From the NCBI GenBank assembly GCA_049969855.1, contig JBMFOB010000013.1:1-41483 (forward strand): a DNA stretch of 41,483 nt, given 5' to 3'. Positions 40,082 to 41,483 of the stretch are shown here, in pieces. Both the position numbers and the translations under genes were made by a program. Below the pieces are notes generated by a model that searched no databases, was not told the origin of the DNA, and saw only the letters and a list, made by a program, of their open reading frames with translations. Numbering within the stretch: the stretch's first letter is position 1; each line of letters starts with the position of its first letter. Origin of the DNA: Candidatus Bathyarchaeia archaeon (lineage in GTDB: Archaea; Thermoproteota; Bathyarchaeia; Bathyarchaeales; Bathycorpusculaceae).

Positions 40082-40353
40082 TTTATCACCCTCAAAAGAA
40101 AGAACAGTTTCTCACACACGCTTGCCAGAAATAGACGTTCATTTTTAGAATTCGTTTTATTATTTAACTCTTTCTGCCAGATCATAAGTCGAAATAAAAG
40201 TTGTATATTGGGTCGGAAAAAGTTACGTGGTTGCAAAATGCGAATAGATAGCTCACTCTGGCTAATGCAAAAAGATGATGTAAATAAAAGTTAAAACTGA
40301 CTTTCGTCTAATTTATAAAATTTGCAGGATGTATATTACCACGGGATGAAGTT

Positions 40354-40983
40354 ATGAAAATATGTGAATATCAACATGATCCCTGCAAAGTTGAACATTG
40401 CAAGTTGGTAGAAAGCAATAAGAACTTGAAAAACTGCGCTTTGTATGACTTTCTAAAAATTATTGACGAAGAATTAAAACGTTATACGGAGGAAAAGGTC
40501 CGAATCGAATCCTTAAAGAAAAGTTTTGTTGAGGCGTGGAATAACAAAAAGGAAAAGAGAGAGTCGGTGGCTATAGGTCGAGCAACTGGGGATGCTTTTG
40601 CAAAGTGGGTCATAGAACAGGCAGGGCTTCATGGGAAAAGTGAGAAAGACAAGAAGGTTAAATTTGGCCCTGTAGATTTTACTGTGGATTATGTAATTCC
40701 TTCTGCTCAAAATCCAAAAGTAATCTTAGAGATCAAAAAGAATTCTGACATTCAGCACACATTTGCATTAAAAGGTCTTTTAGATTATTCACCAAAATAT
40801 AGGAAATTGGGTTACATTACCTTCAAAGAACGTGAAAACAGCAAAGTCGTTAAATTACTCGAAGAATTCAAAAGTGACCCTAAATACAAATCGCGATTTA
40901 ACTATTTCATTATAACGGGACCAAATGGTTGGTCAAAAACAATAGAAAACTTAAAGGTATTTTGTAACATAATTACCAGTTGA
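40354..40983 (+). CDS. Putative PD-(D/E)xK nuclease (restriction-endonuclease-like)
   Basis: TGDAF...VDYVIP...VILEIK pattern. Confidence 0.55.
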   Translation: MKICEYQHDPCKVEHCKLVESNKNLKNCALYDFLKIIDEELKRYTEEKVRIESLKKSFVEAWNNKKEKRESVAIGRATGDAFAKWVIEQAGLHGKSEKDKKVKFGPVDFTVDYVIPSAQNPKVILEIKKNSDIQHTFALKGLLDYSPKYRKLGYITFKERENSKVVKLLEEFKSDPKYKSRFNYFIITGPNGWSKTIENLKVFCNIITS

Positions 40984-41020
40984 GAAAAGACATTGATACT
41001 ATCATTTGGATTTCTTTACT

Positions 41021-41046
41021 TTTCTGTTAGGAGACATTAAAAGAAA
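41021..41046 (+). repeat. dif-like site S5
   Basis: TTTCTGTTAG-GAGACA-TTAAAAGAAA; arms 10/10 and 9/10. Confidence 0.75.
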
Positions 41047-41174
41047 CTAATTGAGAACGCTTGAGTTGGACCAGTAAGGTGAGGATGAAGCTCTCTCACT
41101 TCAGGTTGAGGAAGGGTTGGTTGCTTCTTTGAAAGAAATTTATTTTAGTGCTGCAATGTGAAATTAATGGGAGG

Positions 41175-41483
41175 CTACAATATTTCTTGTATCTTTTTTA
41201 TTAAAGCTGATGAAACTTTGTCGATATCCTTGCTGGAATAGTTCATGGTGGTAAATGGTCCTAGTTTTTTGATTTGGAGATCATATTCTAGATTTAAGTA
41301 GTTTTCATATTTGATTCCTAAAGTGTTCAATATTTTTCTTGCGCATTTGTTACGGCAGCCGTCAATAACGATGAGATGTTGAATTTTCTTAACGAGCACG
41401 GTTTGTCTTGGAATGTTGTTAGCCAATGCGGGTAATGAGCATATTCCAACTTTCTCGCTTCCAAACTTTTTAACCACTTCCAG
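41175..41483 (-). CDS. DGC-domain putative zinc-binding protein (5' partial)
   Basis: ICSLPAL...IVIDGCRNKCARK. Confidence 0.8.
   Translation of the reverse strand: MEVVKKFGSEKVGICSLPALANNIPRQTVLVKKIQHLIVIDGCRNKCARKILNTLGIKYENYLNLEYDLQIKKLGPFTTMNYSSKDIDKVSSALIKKIQEIL

Larger units (their letters stand above)
21610..41483. mobile_element. tRNA-Leu-associated accessory island with dif-like-site-delimited modules (right end not seen)
   Basis: att copy, two recombinase-type genes, repeated recombination-like sites, unrelated accessory cargo. Confidence 0.6.

Noticed and set aside
39905-40294. 129-aa plus-strand ORF
   Set aside because: No recognisable motif; it is antisense to the RpoP-like frame, which has an SD and family motifs.
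23060-41046. CRISPR array or classical integron attC sites
   Set aside because: The repeats are kilobases apart, short and symmetric, with no long attC hairpins and no cas genes; I saw no evident IntI-type insertion in the recombinase.

Overview
Archaeal chromosomal window, probably Bathyarchaeia or a related TACK lineage (inferred from ribosomal gene content and frequent TTG/GTG starts). 1-5.8 kb: redox and metal-cofactor cluster (class II RNR 3' end, OsmC, peroxiredoxin, LrpA, PDO, DUF166, HypA, Mrp-type ATPase, HAD). 6.0-18.1 kb: ribosomal operon rpl22 to secY-DUF106-rpl34e-cmk, including an rps14 missed by the ORF track, an inserted Hsp20 gene and no adk. 18.1-21.6 kb: radical SAM pseudogene, MFS, TrmY, and divergent tRNA-Thr(GGT) and tRNA-Leu(TAG). 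From tRNA-Leu to the window end is an accessory island. It opens with an inverted copy of the tRNA-Leu 3' end, a decayed split-type integrase and an intact tyrosine recombinase. After that come gene modules: a 13.8-kb maltodextrin/glycogen cluster, an ABC pair, a single gene, an RpoP-like gene plus nuclease, and a DGC protein. Every module boundary carries a dif-like site, TTTCTGTTAR-N6-YTAACAGAAA. This looks like an archaeal array of dif-bounded gene cassettes (comparable to pdif modules or integrons) and is the main candidate novel system. All calls come from reading the sequence; no database searches were run.
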